Source: Paramoeba atlantica (lineage: Eukaryota > Protista > Discosea). From it: 64,000 nucleotides of DNA. This document shows, in pieces, positions 34,539-48,019 of the stretch. The notes under the pieces were generated by a model. It was given only the letters and a program-made list of their open reading frames with translations. It made no database searches and was not told where the DNA came from. Where the stretch lies: assembly GCA_977017575.1 (NCBI GenBank), contig CDRNVI010000026.1, forward strand, positions 434,001 through 498,000. The letters are read 5' to 3'. The translations under genes and the position numbers were made by a program. Numbering within the stretch: position 1 is the stretch's first letter; every line of letters starts with the position of its first letter.

Positions 34539-35470
34539 ACCTTTGCTCCCGGTGAGGCCCCGGAGTTGCGAGAGGCCTCCATACCCCATAACTACCACCT
34601 TCCCCCCCTATTTAGCGGGGGTCGCGCGAGCGACCCCTGATAAATGGGGGGAAGGTGGTAGTTGTTTTGGGGGAAATGAGAGGCCGAACGCACGGAGGGG
34701 CCGGCCGGGCCACTGAGTCACGTGAAAGTGTGACACCCAAAAACTAAACCTAGATCTTGTTTACCCGTCTGCACAACAGAACCGTAAATAGCACGTAAAG
34801 ATGGTTGGCCGAGGTACAGAATAAATTTACCTTTGCTCCCGGTGAGGCCCCGGAGTTGCGAGAGGCCTCCATACCCCACAACTACCACCTTCCCCCCCCC
34901 CCCTATTTAGCGGGGTTCGCGCGAGCGACCCCTGGTAAATGGGGGAAAGATGGTAGTTTTGGGGGAAATGAGAGGCCGAACGCACGGAGGGGCCGGCGGA
35001 GTCACTGAGTCACGTGAACGTGTGATACCCAAAAACTAAACCTATACTAAACCAATTCACAGTATTTTGTGACAGTAGACGGCTATGCAATATTCCTATA
35101 CTTATGCAATATTCCTATACTTATGCAATATTTCTATACTTGTGCAATATTCCTATACTTATGCAATATTCCTATACTTATGCAATATTCCTATACTTAT
35201 GCAATATTCCTATACTTATGCAATATTCCTATACTTATGCAATATTCCTATACTTCCACCCCCCACAACTACCACCTTCCCCCCCCCTATTTAGCGAGCG
35301 ACCCCTGGTAAATGGGGGGAAGGTGGTAGTTGTTTTGGGGAATATGAGAGGCCGAACGCACGGAGGGGCCGGCCGGGCCACTGAGTCACGTGAAAGTGTG
35401 ATACCCAAAAACTAAACCTAGATCTTGTTTGCACAACAGAACCGTAAATGGCACGTAAAGATGGTTGGCC
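34539..35470. repeat. 290-bp GC-rich tandem unit (about 3 copies) containing a ~110-nt foldback
   Basis: ACCTTTGCTCCCGGTGAGG at 34539 and 34829, partial third copy from 35256; foldback 34574-34685. Further copies at 46575-47506 and a split copy at 54500-55262. Confidence 0.85.
35085..35255. repeat. 19-bp tandem array ATGCAATATTCCTATACTT x9
   Basis: 171 bp = 9 units; duplicated at 47121-47291. Confidence 0.95.
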
Positions 35471-35716
35471 GGGGATTGTGGTTTGGCCGCAGGATTGTGT
35501 ATTTATTTTCCTATGCATTGTCACGTTCTTTACCTTTTGGGGGGCAAATTGTGAACGTCGACCAGAAAAGGGGCATTCTAAACACTGTCAACATGGGTAA
35601 CCAACTTGAAGGTATACAGGATATGAAATGAAATAACCTGTACTTTCTGCGGGAAGAAATTTCCTTCTGCGTGAAGAAATAACGACGGTACACATGGACA
35701 CAAAAAATAACGAGCC

Positions 35717-35983
35717 TTACTCCGAGTCACTACTTTCGTCTTCTTCGTCGCGGTAGAAACTAACACCTTTGCAGAATGTACGAATATCTTGGAAGATGCG
35801 ACGTACACGAGAACCTCCGTTGACAGAGAGTGTCGCGTTAGAAATTTCTGCGAAAAACTTCATTCGGTGAGCGCGAGATATTTCATCGTTGCCAAGACGG
35901 CCCCCACGAGCTTTGCGTTCCTTTTAGGAGGCCATTGGCATGTTCCACGGTATTAGTGTGGATGCCGGAGACTGTTACCCAAT
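35717..35983 (-). pseudogene. Merlin (IS1595/ISXO2-like) transposase C-terminus, duplicated copy
   Basis: WVTVSGIHTNTVEHAN..RGGRLG..RRIFQDIR, with one frameshift; same as 47753-48019. Confidence 0.75.
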
Positions 35984-37575
35984 CACTCACTCACTCACTC
36001 ACTTTACACTAAGCCCCGGAATAGGGCATTAGTTAAATATCTATCTGTATTTACGCTCAATACATTCATCATCTAACTCTCCAACTGATTTCGTTTTCAC
36101 GTCGATTGCCTCGTACTCGGTGCGCTTCGAAAGCGAAACACACAGCACCTTGCGTACACTGGATTTTATTGTCCCATCTTGGTTTCCGTCAAAGGGGATA
36201 TTTATCCGCGTTATGAGGTCGCGTCTCGTGGTCTACCTTTCTTGGTGCGGTTCGCGGCGGTACTTAATTGTGGGCCAGGCGCGGGGCAATGCTGTGATAA
36301 GTGCCGTTCTAGTGTAGTAGCCGAGGTCTTGCGCCTTTTCTCTGAAAGAGCGCCGAAAAGAGCTGTCTTTGCCAACGTGTCACACTTATCGTTGTATGGG
36401 TTGCCGCAATGCCCCTTTACTTTAATCACGTAGAATTTGACGCCATTCTCCTCTAAGGTCTTTATTGCACCACCTAAATCCCAATAAATGTCGCTGTTTG
36501 GAAGGCCATTGTATCCTATTAGGTAATACTTTCGCCGCGTATTGCGTATAAAATGCCATACTATCCACGAATCCGTATGCAGTACGATTGTACCCTCAAC
36601 TTTGGGTGCTCTCTGAATAGCTAGTAGTGCCGCATAAAATTCCGCTCTTTCTGGCGATGGTGTGCCAAGAATCTCCTTACAAACAGTAGAACTAGCCACT
36701 TCATGGCCACACTGAACTTCAACAATCCCAATTCCAATCTTTCCGATGTAACTAGAACTAACTGAGGCGTCGGTATAAAGGTGTAGAACGTTGTTGTCAC
36801 TTGAGAAAGGTGTTGGACCTTCTTCAGCGTACTGCAGGGCTGAAAGATCATTTTCCCGCTGTGCAGCAGCTGCAATGCGGTGCCAACCGCTTGATCTACA
36901 ACCAATATACATTTTAGGATTCTCTAGCCCCATTTGAAGTTTTTCAACATGTTTTTGCCAACATTTTCTATCCTCCGCATATACCAGGGCTTCCTCGACT
37001 ACTAGTCCCATATCCCCGGTGCAAGCTTCGGATGGAGAACGAATTCGACTCTTTTCTTTAACGCGCCACTGCATCAGTTCCGAATATATCTCTGAATGCC
37101 GTATTAAGTGCCCTACAAGACGAGCCCGGTTAACTTTGTGCAGTGTGGAAAAAAGTGGGGTGTCTATATATAAGGCGGATATTGGCACACTTTTCCCAGA
37201 ATGATCCAGTTTCGGACACTTACAAATAATACGACGCATCTTATTTACCTGTATATCTACTATTTCAATGTGGTTTCGCTCAACACTAGTGTGCCCGAGT
37301 TGTAATTTAGGATAGGGTATACGAGGGCATCGAACAAACGAAGTTTTGTCTTGACGCTCAAGGGCGATACCCATATGCCCCGAAATTTTGAGAAACCTGC
37401 CCACGTAAGTCGCAACCCGAAGATCGAAGGCAAGAGGCAAGAAGATCCCAGGAAGGAAGATCTTCTGTATGCAGTTGCGCTGCGACCTGTTCACAAATTC
37501 TGTTGTTAAACTTCTCTGCATGTTCTGGGTTTGATAATTGAAACCAGTGTATTTTCGGTCTTTTGATGTTGGACG
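35984..37575 (-). mobile_element. 3' part of the APE/RNase H LINE, truncated at the duplication junction
   Basis: RNase H LYTDAS..RAEFYA..HTDS..VKGHCGNPYNDKCDTLAK; (TCAC)n tail at 35984-36003 (plus strand). Confidence 0.85.
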
Positions 37576-37972
37576 CGAGCTCACGAGAGGTATGCGTAAC
37601 GGGGAGTATAATGCGAAGCGCGCGCAACGAGCGGCAAACACATCCATTTCCTCGCGGAAACACAAGCATCAGAAAATACAAGGTGATGTGCAAGAGAAGG
37701 TGATTGCTTTGCTGGGGAAGAGATTTAGCCCACAGCAAATCGCTACAACTCTCTTTAAGGAAGATGGGGTAAAGATTTCTCGTGTAGCCGTTTATGGATT
37801 CATCAAACGGGAAGACAGAGCAGGGAATTTAGTTCAGTTCCTGCGCCGGGGGGGAGGTCGCGGTAGAAGGCGACGGGGTACAAATCGCCTGAAAATACCG
37901 AATCGAACTGACATAAGCGAGCGCACAGGTTTCGACAATACTCGCTCCAGATATGGAGATTGGGAGTGTGAC

Positions 37973-40900
37973 GGCACTTCCGCCGGCAGAAGAGGTTACA
38001 GTTCAAGTGTATTGATTTATGTATTGAGTTCGGTGGGGTGTAGCAAAAATCCATTATTTCATAGATGGAAGGTCATGAAAGTGAAGGATGAAGATAGGTG
38101 GAAGGTCAGTAGGAATATGTGGTTCACCGACGGGAATGGGTGTAAGCATAAAAACGCGAGAGGAGTGTTCTGGGGGGAAAGGTGGAGAAGAAATCTCAAC
38201 CGGTATGCTCTTTAGCCGAGAAGTGCAACATAAAGTTGGAATTGCAACAGAAAGGTGAACGACAACGACGTGCTACTAATAATTTTTGAAGACATTCATG
38301 ATTTTTGCGATTGCACTTAAAGGAAGGACATGTTATATTAAGTTTTTTAGTAAGTGCCAACTTTACTGAGTAGTGACTAACTTTACGTTTTTTATGCATA
38401 AAACTGAAAATGGGGTATACGTCAAAGAGAGGAAATTCAACCCTTTGACTTAACGTCAAAAACCGAAAAAGAGGGAAAAGTCAGGGGGGGGGGGAGATCA
38501 GTCAGGGAGGAAGTGTAGCGTTGATGAAGGTGCAGAGTCGTGCGTATTTTTTAACCTTTGAAGACAAAATTAGGAACCTAATCTTTAATTTATCCTTTAC
38601 GTATTCCTTTAACTACTGTTTTTACGAAATGTTTCTTAAAAAGCGAATTCTCCTTTGCCTCAACGGATTACAGAGGAACATTTTCCGCATTCTCAAAGCC
38701 GTCTACTTCTATTCGCGAATCTCTATTCGGACATTTACGTCCTCTCTTTTTTCTAGCATCCTCTTTTGCGCGAAGCTCGCCCATTATCTCATCATGCGAC
38801 TTCACGTCCTCCACGCATTCCTTGTAGCAAAGTCTGTTCTGATACGCAACCCGTAACTGATTAAAATCTCGAGGAAATCTATACTGGTCCTCATTTTCTT
38901 TGACCACGGAGCTGAATCTTGATAAAACTTTCGGCCAAGGTATGTGCCTCGAAGATTTGTCGCGCACTTCATCGATGACACATTGCAGGAGCAAGCGCAC
39001 TTCAAGGAGATTGAATTTCACGATCACGTTTCTTTGGCGAGGATCAATTCTTGGAGCATGTAAATGTGTTGCCAGGTGACATGCGTTGCTATTTCCTGTC
39101 GCGGTAAAATGTTGTACAGGTAAGTCATCAACCATTATGATCTCGTGCGCCCCCAAACCTACATCAAAATCTGTATCAAAAGTTTTAAATATTCTTGCAC
39201 CAGGGATATCAAGTACGCAAACACCGCATATTCTGTGCCTCTGCGGAGTTGGTGATACGGAATCGAAAGGAACTACTAGATATGGTACGTGTGAAAGCTC
39301 GTGCAGAACGAGTACAGTGCTTGAAATGACATTGGCAAGAGAGCGAACTAGGGGAAGAAATAATTGCCAGTGCGAGACCTTGGTTATAACTTCCTCGACG
39401 TCATTCTCGGGCTTGCTCAAGTGTTCAAGAACTCGTTCGAACGTCGTATCTTTGTCCACCCGCGATGTATCGCACCGCAGAATACAGGGATCTCCCGCAC
39501 ACAAGTATTCAAGTGTGCTCATCATTGACGCTGCGGTGCACTCTCCACCTAGGAAACGCACCTTTTCCTCGTGCTTAGTTGGTGTAGCAGAAAGTGCGAA
39601 GTTAAATTCCACATCGTCTTTGCCAAGAAATACGGGCTCGCAACCAAACTTATTTTGCGCCCAGCTGCGAACATTACTCAGCTGATTGTCAGACAAGGAA
39701 TGCGGGATAAGTGCATATCCATCCCCAGATTCAACAGGGTGAACATATTGTGTGAAGAACAGTTCATGAGTCGTTAGTTGTTTCGCCACAGGGAGAAGTC
39801 CAAATGGACTATTACATAATCTTGCATCGTCCGCCCCCAGGAAGAGAGAAGAGAAGGTTTCTTTCAAGGTTCGAAACAACAGAGCGTCGAAACACATCAT
39901 ATCCGGCGCTGATTTGAATCTCACAGCACATTTCACATTACTTCGATAAATAAAGCTCCTTGTCAGCGCGTCTACAGTTTCTGCTGAGCTACGCGCGCGA
40001 AGCTTCACTTTAGCTTTCAAACGAGAATAAAAACTTTCACAAATGTTGGTTCCTCGGCTGGAACGATACACCATATTCTTATCCACGCGCGTCAAATTCA
40101 CATCTGTAGGGTCACTGAGGCAGTCCCGCTCGATGTGGGCTATTGCGTACGGCCAGAGAGAAGCTAACTTGGGGTTCCATGTAAAGATGTCCGAATATTT
40201 TTCCTTCAGGAGTTCCATTTTAGAAAGCAATTTTGCCGGACGTGGAATAACTTTCTCATGCGCATCAAGATGTTCCTTTTTTGACAAAGCGATAGTAAGA
40301 GGCTCTACTACAGATCGGCAAAGCTCGGTGTAAAACATTTTCTGCCGATTTGATGCTGAAGTGCGTGGGATAACAGCTGCGAAACGGTGCAGCCAATGCC
40401 ATAAATCGCATTTAATATGTGCAGATGGAAAGTGGCGTTGTATTTTAGAACGCACTGTGCAACAGTTGTCAACATATATAACCATTGCTTTGCTTCCTGG
40501 ACGTGATGCTATGTTTGAAAGAACATTGTGCAAAGTGTCAAAACTTTCATTTCGAGTATATACGGCAGCCAAAATCTCACCAATTTCATTGTGAACAACA
40601 AAGTGAGAACGAAACGGTGCTTCCCCACGCAGTCGAATGCACTTTGCGGTCTCGAAAGTATGATCCGTTGCAAGCACTGTACCAGTCAGCTCGGACATAT
40701 AGTTGTCACACTCCACCTGGCGCTGCTGGAGTAATGAAATCAAAACATCCTGAAAATGATCCACTGATGGAGTCATCCATTCTTGTGAAATTCGATTTGA
40801 AATCGCTTCCACGCAATTAGGATCCCAGCGAAATTCAAATTTTTCCGTGTGCTTTAATTCAAAAATGTGTCTTTCATCGCGCTTATTACTCAGATACTGC

Positions 40901-42046
40901 AACGTCCGCTGATGGTAATCGACGGCATACACTTCTTGCAGAATACCTTGAAATTCACTCATATTAGAACCACTAGATCCTATTGCCATAATGGCCGTTG
41001 AAAGTCGTCTAGTCATCCCCAATTTTTCAGTTTTAATATTAGGAAAGGAATTTCGTGCCTTGTGGGACAGGCTGGAAATTAAGCTCTTTTCATCACTTGA
41101 TATTACCTTACGACACTCAGTGCTACGACATTGATACACTTCACAAAGATAGTACATTGGTGTCGAAAGATCAAAAATCCGACGCACAGGAGAAAGCTTC
41201 ATGAAAGTCAACCGCTCTTTGCAATGAAGACAGTGTAGGCTTTCTTTTTCGCCTTGGCGCATGGGCGCCCATATGATCCATGGCAAGGTAAAAAGCGTTT
41301 CCAATGAACTCCTAGGCTCCGGAGAAAAGAACCAAAGGGAAGTACATGTAGTTTTTGTTTTTAATTCTTCGTATGCCCTTCGAATTGCCGTGACTTGATG
41401 TGAAGACATTCCTGTTTCGAGCAAATGCGTCCAGTATTTTGTCACTTCTGTTCGTTCGTGTGTGGTTTCTTCTGGGCGAGAAGCGAACCGACAAAGCTCC
41501 GAATTTTCGGCTACTACACGCGAAAGGGTGGTTGAAAGTTCGTTGTTCCTTTTTTCCATTTCCTCAATTTGTGTTTCTAGCTTTTTGATGCTTCCCGTAA
41601 GTTGCTTCTTTTCCTTGGCCATTGTTTGGATGACGTTCAGTAGGTCCGTTTCACAAGACATGACTTAAATAATCAGAAATCTAGAAATGATTTTTAGAGT
41701 ACCAGGAAGGTTCAATAGTTTTGTTTGTAAAGTGATCATCTTGAACAGTCAGGGTACAATAGCTGAGGCTTTAAACTCTCAAATATGTACTAGAAATCGT
41801 TTCTGGGAAAACAATTTTGACGAAATTAAAAAATTATTGGACTACAAAAAAATTAGGTATGAAGTTCAGACTCAATAGTACACAACTTTCATAGGAACTA
41901 TTAAGTTCAGACTCAATAATAGAAACACACTTCAGTTACTATTGAGTTTACTATTGAGTTTTAGCAATCCAGATGCGTGCAACTCAATAGAGAACTCACT
42001 AGTGACTCTTCAACCCAATAGTTGCTGTCACTATGGCGGAACTAAC
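37973..42046 (-). mobile_element. Duplicate Mutator-like element (transposase CDS 38668-41661) inside the duplicate, 5'-truncated IS30 ORF
   Basis: Identical translation and TSDs at +12,036; IS30 C-terminal part at 42055-42510. Confidence 0.85.
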
Positions 42047-43377
42047 AGTGTGACTTGATTGAAGGCGCGCAACATAGTGGCTATTTTCTCAGTTTAGTGG
42101 AGAGAAAAAGCCGCTACGGAGTTCTTCGGAAGTTGGAGAACAAGAAATCAGAAATTGTGGCCGAGGAGGTCACTCGTGCTCTGCAGGGGTTCCAAGTTTT
42201 CACTATCACGTACGACAATGGAACCGAGTTCGCGAAACACGAACTAGTGAACGCTTCGTTGGGCTGTCAATCATTCTTTTGTCAGCCCTACGCAAGTTGG
42301 GAGAAAGGGGGCGTTGAAAATTACAATGGTCTTGTTCGTGATTTCTACCCTAAGCGAACATCGTTCACCCACATCACGCAAGCTGCGCTTGATACGACAT
42401 CTGCAGCCATCAACGAACGACCAAAAGATGTCCTGGAGAACAATTCGCCTATTGAATTGATCGAAAATATCAAGGTTATCTCCCCTCCTATGCTTCGTCC
42501 AGGCTTTTGATGGACAGCTCACAGGATTCGCAGTAGTACGCTCGGATAGAATTCAAAGGATTTGCTCAAAAGATATTGCGTGAATATGGTAGCGCGCTTC
42601 AACCCTCATGAGTTCCAATTTTGCAAGGATGTCAAACAAATTTGTTTCGAGGGGACATTCATATAGCAGGTCTGTTATAAACGCAAGCTGCTCTTTACAA
42701 AAAAAATTCCGATCAGGAGCCCAATGTAACATCCCAATGAATCGCAGGATTGGATATAATGTACGATTGAGGAACTTGGGAGTGTATCATCAGACAAAGT
42801 GCGATGAAGAGATGGGACCGAGGTTTTCGTACATTCGTACTTGTCGCCTCCGTCTCAACGCGTGTCAAGACTTTTTTGATCTATACTCACCGTTTAAACC
42901 GCCGAATACCCCCCGAATGCCTTCTGCAGTGCACTGATTTGGAAGAATATTCTATTCTCAGGTGTGTTACTGTGATGGGTTGTTGTTGCGATTGTTTGTA
43001 GTTGTCGGGATATGGCAACATGGCCGATGCTTGTAGTAGAAGCATTGCTATGTAAATTCTACAACTTTGATAGAGAGACTTTGATAGAGAGAGAAGTTGG
43101 AGCATGAAAATTGTTTCCGGCATGCTTATTATACTTTGATGCCGATTGCTTTTTTTGCCCTCCTTTTTTACCAAGGAGTTTTTAGCGTCGCTTTGTCAAA
43201 ACGGTCAGCATTAGGATGGGGAGGAAATGGGGGATTACTTTAGGAGTATGGCGTGTGCTGGCGAATTCATTCGTGAAATCTTTTCCTGATAGTGATAGAT
43301 TATCCTGATAATGACAATGATAGATTATCTGTATGCATCGTAGTAAATACACATCATTCACGAATTCATATCAAATA

Positions 43378-46186
43378 CAGTGGTTTCAGTTAATCTTGCC
43401 CCCCCCCGCTCGGAATTTTGATTTTTTTAATCCATTTTTGCTCATCTTTGCAGCATTGGACAGATCTCGTTCCCCTAGCGAAGAGCTTTGCCGCCTTTTT
43501 TTCATAGAGACCCCCTGGTGCCCCTTGGGTGACCCGAAAGTTGACCAAAATAATAAAAAATGATATTTTTTTACCATATCAAAAATGGAACGAAAAACGG
43601 ATTTTATGTCCAAAAGTTAACTCTAAAGGAAAAGAACTAGTATCCGGAATGGCCTCCATTGTTTTGCAACACCTTTTGAAGTCTATTAGGGACTGAATCA
43701 ATTGTGTTGCACACTTTACGTTTTTCTTGAGGACGTTTTAGAATCTGAAAAGCTTTTTTAATGGCATCGGCGAGGGTAGCATGATTGTGGGGCTTAATTT
43801 TTTTCTTTATGATACCGTTCATTTGTTTCCAAACATTTTCTTTTGGATTTAAATCAGGCGAATTCGCTGGCCAAGACAATTGTTTAATACGATATTTAAT
43901 CAATTCACCTTTTGCCAAGTTATGGGTGGTAGCATTATCCATTTGCACAGTCACATTGTCAACGTGGTCTTTGAGATAATGTAAAAACCCATTAGGCTTC
44001 TGAAAGGAGTCAAGGATCACTCCCCCAGTGACCTTGTGCGCGTTTTCATAAGTTGTATTGTCATTGGGTTCAAGCACGTGCAAGAAAAATCCGTGTTCTA
44101 CACTAATACCCATCCAAGCCATTACCCCCTTCCCCCCATACCACCTACGGTTTCTGCAGCGAGGTTTTCTTTGGCACCCTTGAGGTCCAATGAAAAACTG
44201 AGACCCATGAACCCCACAGGTAAACAACTTTTCATCGGTCCAAATGATTTTGTTTAAATCTTCTTTAGGCCATGTAAGCAATTCGTTTGCTAATCTCAAA
44301 CGCTGCGACTTGTGTTCCTCAGGTAGGTCACAGTTCGGCGACTTAGCCCATCTACCGTAATCAATATTTTTTAAAATAGTTCTTATTTTGTTTCAGGGTT
44401 CGCAGAAACTATAAAACTATCAATATAGTACTATATAGTTACTATAAACTTTTTTCGAAAACTATAAAAAACTATATTTTTTTGTTTCACATTTTAGGCA
44501 CTCCGAAGCTCACCAACACGCCATAAATACACGGCGAATTCATTTGTGTACGATTTTTCTTATTTTTAAACCCGAAAATTGATGCCCGAAATAAAAGTTA
44601 CGAGGGGTAGTTTCTGCAAAGATTATTTTATTGAACTGCTGCACACGGAGGAAAGTAAACAAGCGGTTGAATGTAACTAGTGTCAGGAGGGGACGTACCC
44701 CAGTCCCATCGTGTGGCCTTGACAGATTGCCTTGTGCGAATCTTGCGTCCCGAACATCTTCTCACTGCATCGCTGTCGCCGCGCGTTGGCTGGAGCCACC
44801 GACGTTATGTCTTGGGACTGAATAACTGCTGCTCACAATTCTATGAGTTTGAATAAATACAATCATATGAGTCTGAATAAATTACGCGGTGTGTTGTCGA
44901 GTGGAGAGTTTGCACTTCCTTTCACTCCTTTCGCGTGCGTTTCATTGCTATTTCCGAGGAGATGACACACTAGTTGATGATATTTTTCGGTGGTGATGGA
45001 ATCGCGGGGAAGAGGAAGGATGTTTCGATAGCTATGTAACCCAGGATAAAGTGGACGAGGGAGGTTCTAAAAGCACCTTTAAACCACCACAAAAATGGAA
45101 TGATATCTCCCGGTTTGTAAAGGATTCCGACGTGCCAAAAGAATCTTTAAGGGACAAACCCTTCCATTTTTATGGTGGTTTGCCAAAGGTGCTTTTAGTA
45201 TCTCCCTTGTCCACTTTAGCTTGGGTTACATTTTTTTCAGAATTTTTTGTCATATCATACGTATGTAAGCGTGTAAGAACGCATGTAGAGGCGTGTGTAT
45301 GTCCATCACAAGCGGAGAGGACTCAAAAAATATCACTTGTAAAGTGAAAAAAACTTTATAGTTTTCTTATAGTTTTATAGTAAAATATAGTAAATATAGT
45401 ACTATATAGTAACTATATTCAATGAAAAAAACTATATTTTACTATATTATAGTTTCTGCGAACCCTGTTTTGTTTAACGAACATTTATACCCCATATTCA
45501 GCGCTTGCTCGTGTATCCAAGTATAAGTTAAGCAACCATCGTACGTTTCGTTTTCATCATCCACAATTTTTTTTACAAGGTCCTTAAACCGCCTTGATGA
45601 TTTTTTTCCTGGGGATTTTTGGGGTGTAAGATCTTCTCCTTCCTTCCACAGGTTAACAATTCTTCTTATGGTGCGACGGTCACGTCCGAAATTATTAGAT
45701 AATTTATGTATATGTTGCTTTATTATTTCTTTTCTCTCGCAAAGAGGTAATGCCACGGTTCCTTTGTGGGATATTGGGGGATTGTCTTCTCTTTTGTCAT
45801 TCCATCCTTGTACGTACTCCCCCTGTTTGGGGTTAGAGGGTCTGGTCTGCATAATGTAGAGGTGTTGACTATATTAAATTAGGCGATAGGGATGGTACTA
45901 GACATAGAGCTTTCAAATTATCAATTTAGAACACTATTACTCGTACTTACATGTTCAAAATGTACAAAAAATCGGGAAAATGTGACAAAAAATGGTTGTG
46001 TACACAGAAAACGTCCAAAAAAACAGTGTTTTTCGGACCCAGGGGGCACCAGAGGGTCTCTATGAAAAAAAGGCGGCAAAGCTCTTCGCTAGGGGAACGA
46101 GATCTGTCCAATGCTGCAAAGATGAGCAAAAATGGATAAAAAGAATCAAAATTCCGAGGGGGGGGCAAGATCAACTGAAACCACTG
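43378..46186 (-). mobile_element. Duplicate Tc1 element with nested hAT-type MITE (44394-45467)
   Basis: Identical to 31342-34150 at +12,036. Confidence 0.88.
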
Positions 46187-47752
46187 TATAAGGGGTGACC
46201 CTTCTAAAATGCCCTAAAATGGCCACTTTTCGTGGATTTTGCTTAAAAAAGCCCATTTTCACCTGTTTTTGGCTACTTTGGCGGGGTCACCCCCTATATG
46301 CAACTCCATATGCTACTCCCTCTATATGCAATTCCATTTTTATAAAATGTGATGTGCGTATATACTTTGGAGTCTCATCTACAAGGAAAAGGATTTGTAA
46401 GATCCAATACAGGTGGGATCTTGCCAGGAGAAATTTTTCAAAAGTTAAAAAAAAATTAGAGGGGCTCTGCAATATTCCTATACTTATGCAATATTCCTAT
46501 ACTTCGGCACACCGAAGTTTTAGGCACCGATTTCAACTTTTGCCAAAATTAGGTGCGGGGTGCTATGGGAACTCACCTTTGCTCCCGGTGAGGCCCCGGA
46601 GTTGCGAGAGGCCTCCATACCCCATAACTACCACCTTCCCCCCCTATTTAGCGGGGGTCGCGCGAGCGACCCCTGATAAATGGGGGGAAGGTGGTAGTTG
46701 TTTTGGGGGAAATGAGAGGCCGAACGCACGGAGGGGCCGGCCGGGCCACTGAGTCACGTGAAAGTGTGACACCCAAAAACTAAACCTAGATCTTGTTTAC
46801 CCGTCTGCACAACAGAACCGTAAATAGCACGTAAAGATGGTTGGCCGAGGTACAGAATAAATTTACCTTTGCTCCCGGTGAGGCCCCGGAGTTGCGAGAG
46901 GCCTCCATACCCCACAACTACCACCTTCCCCCCCCCCCCTATTTAGCGGGGTTCGCGCGAGCGACCCCTGGTAAATGGGGGAAAGATGGTAGTTTTGGGG
47001 GAAATGAGAGGCCGAACGCACGGAGGGGCCGGCGGAGTCACTGAGTCACGTGAACGTGTGATACCCAAAAACTAAACCTATACTAAACCAATTCACAGTA
47101 TTTTGTGACAGTAGACGGCTATGCAATATTCCTATACTTATGCAATATTCCTATACTTATGCAATATTTCTATACTTGTGCAATATTCCTATACTTATGC
47201 AATATTCCTATACTTATGCAATATTCCTATACTTATGCAATATTCCTATACTTATGCAATATTCCTATACTTATGCAATATTCCTATACTTCCACCCCCC
47301 ACAACTACCACCTTCCCCCCCCCTATTTAGCGAGCGACCCCTGGTAAATGGGGGGAAGGTGGTAGTTGTTTTGGGGAATATGAGAGGCCGAACGCACGGA
47401 GGGGCCGGCCGGGCCACTGAGTCACGTGAAAGTGTGATACCCAAAAACTAAACCTAGATCTTGTTTGCACAACAGAACCGTAAATGGCACGTAAAGATGG
47501 TTGGCCGGGGATTGTGGTTTGGCCGCAGGATTGTGTATTTATTTTCCTATGCATTGTCACGTTCTTTACCTTTTGGGGGGCAAATTGTGAACGTCGACCA
47601 GAAAAGGGGCATTCTAAACACTGTCAACATGGGTAACCAACTTGAAGGTATACAGGATATGAAATGAAATAACCTGTACTTTCTGCGGGAAGAAATTTCC
47701 TTCTGCGTGAAGAAATAACGACGGTACACATGGACACAAAAAATAACGAGCC

Positions 47753-48019
47753 TTACTCCGAGTCACTACTTTCGTCTTCTTCGTCGCGGTAGAAACTAAC
47801 ACCTTTGCAGAATGTACGAATATCTTGGAAGATGCGACGTACACGAGAACCTCCGTTGACAGAGAGTGTCGCGTTAGAAATTTCTGCGAAAAACTTCATT
47901 CGGTGAGCGCGAGATATTTCATCGTTGCCAAGACGGCCCCCACGAGCTTTGCGTTCCTTTTAGGAGGCCATTGGCATGTTCCACGGTATTAGTGTGGATG
48001 CCGGAGACTGTTACCCAAT
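47753..48019 (-). pseudogene. Merlin transposase C-terminal part (continues 51468-52240)
   Basis: Removing 48020-51467 plus one TSD copy restores HGAVNHRKHWVTVSGIHTNTVE in frame. Confidence 0.85.

Noticed and set aside
35085-35255. 19-bp array and its repetitive MQYSYTYAIFLYLCNIPIL ORFs as coding or CRISPR
   Set aside because: Pure tandem satellite; the ORFs are by-products of the periodicity.
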